Positions 31,967-32,000 of a stretch of DNA of 32,000 nt are shown piece by piece. The stretch comes from Mycoplasma mobile 163K (lineage in GTDB: Bacteria; Bacillota_I; Bacilli_A; Mycoplasmatales; Metamycoplasmataceae). The stretch lies in contig NC_006908.1 of assembly GCF_000008365.1 (NCBI RefSeq), positions 570,001 to 602,000 of the forward strand. The letters are read 5' to 3'. The notes below the pieces were generated by a model. The model was given only the letters and a program-made list of their open reading frames with translations. It did no database searches and was not told where the DNA came from. Numbering within the stretch: position 1 is the stretch's first letter; each line of letters begins with the position of its first letter. Both the position numbers and the translations under genes were made by a program.

Positions 31967-32000
31967 AATAAATTATTCAAATTCTTTTATTCATTTTTCA

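Noticed and set aside
1-32000. Search for CRISPR arrays, IS elements or transposases, integrases, phage genes, rRNA and long direct or inverted repeats flanking the R-M or sugar blocks
   Set aside because: By eye I found no repeat-spacer periodicity, no transposase- or integrase-like ORF, and no flanking repeats around 6659-6814/10723-10754 or 12789-12897/17101-17330.

Overview
Very AT-rich chromosomal segment from a Mollicutes-type (Mycoplasma-like) genome that reads TGA as Trp (translation table 4). Nearly every conserved gene looks fragmented in the standard-code ORF track. Each becomes one continuous frame once in-frame TGA is read through, and I re-derived all CDS limits by hand on that basis. 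Most of the window is densely packed housekeeping DNA. Plus-strand genes include a partial cls, truB, a Cof-type HAD hydrolase, ribF, rpsO, glyA, hslO and recU. Minus-strand genes include a split ChrA pair, parC, pepA, the run acpS-plsC-scpA-scpB-rlu, and cmk-der-gpsA-hup. There is also a five-gene tRNA cluster (Asn-Glu-Val-Thr-Leu). Two blocks look accessory. One is an intact Type III restriction-modification pair (mod/res, 6815-10722) between parC and pepA. The other is a sucrose-type PTS operon (12898-17100) directly downstream of the tRNA cluster. The most unusual observations are architectural. A GH32 sucrose-6-phosphate hydrolase is fused in frame to a PfkB fructokinase, giving one 853-codon ORF. 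Cytidylate kinase carries about 143 unrecognisable N-terminal codons with no stop before the kinase domain. PlsC has a Lys/Glu-rich tail of about 84 aa. A GT2 glycosyltransferase is translationally coupled to a 3-TM coiled-coil protein. I found no CRISPR array, transposase, integrase, rRNA or phage genes, and no clearly novel multi-gene defence system beyond the Type III R-M. None of this was checked against databases.
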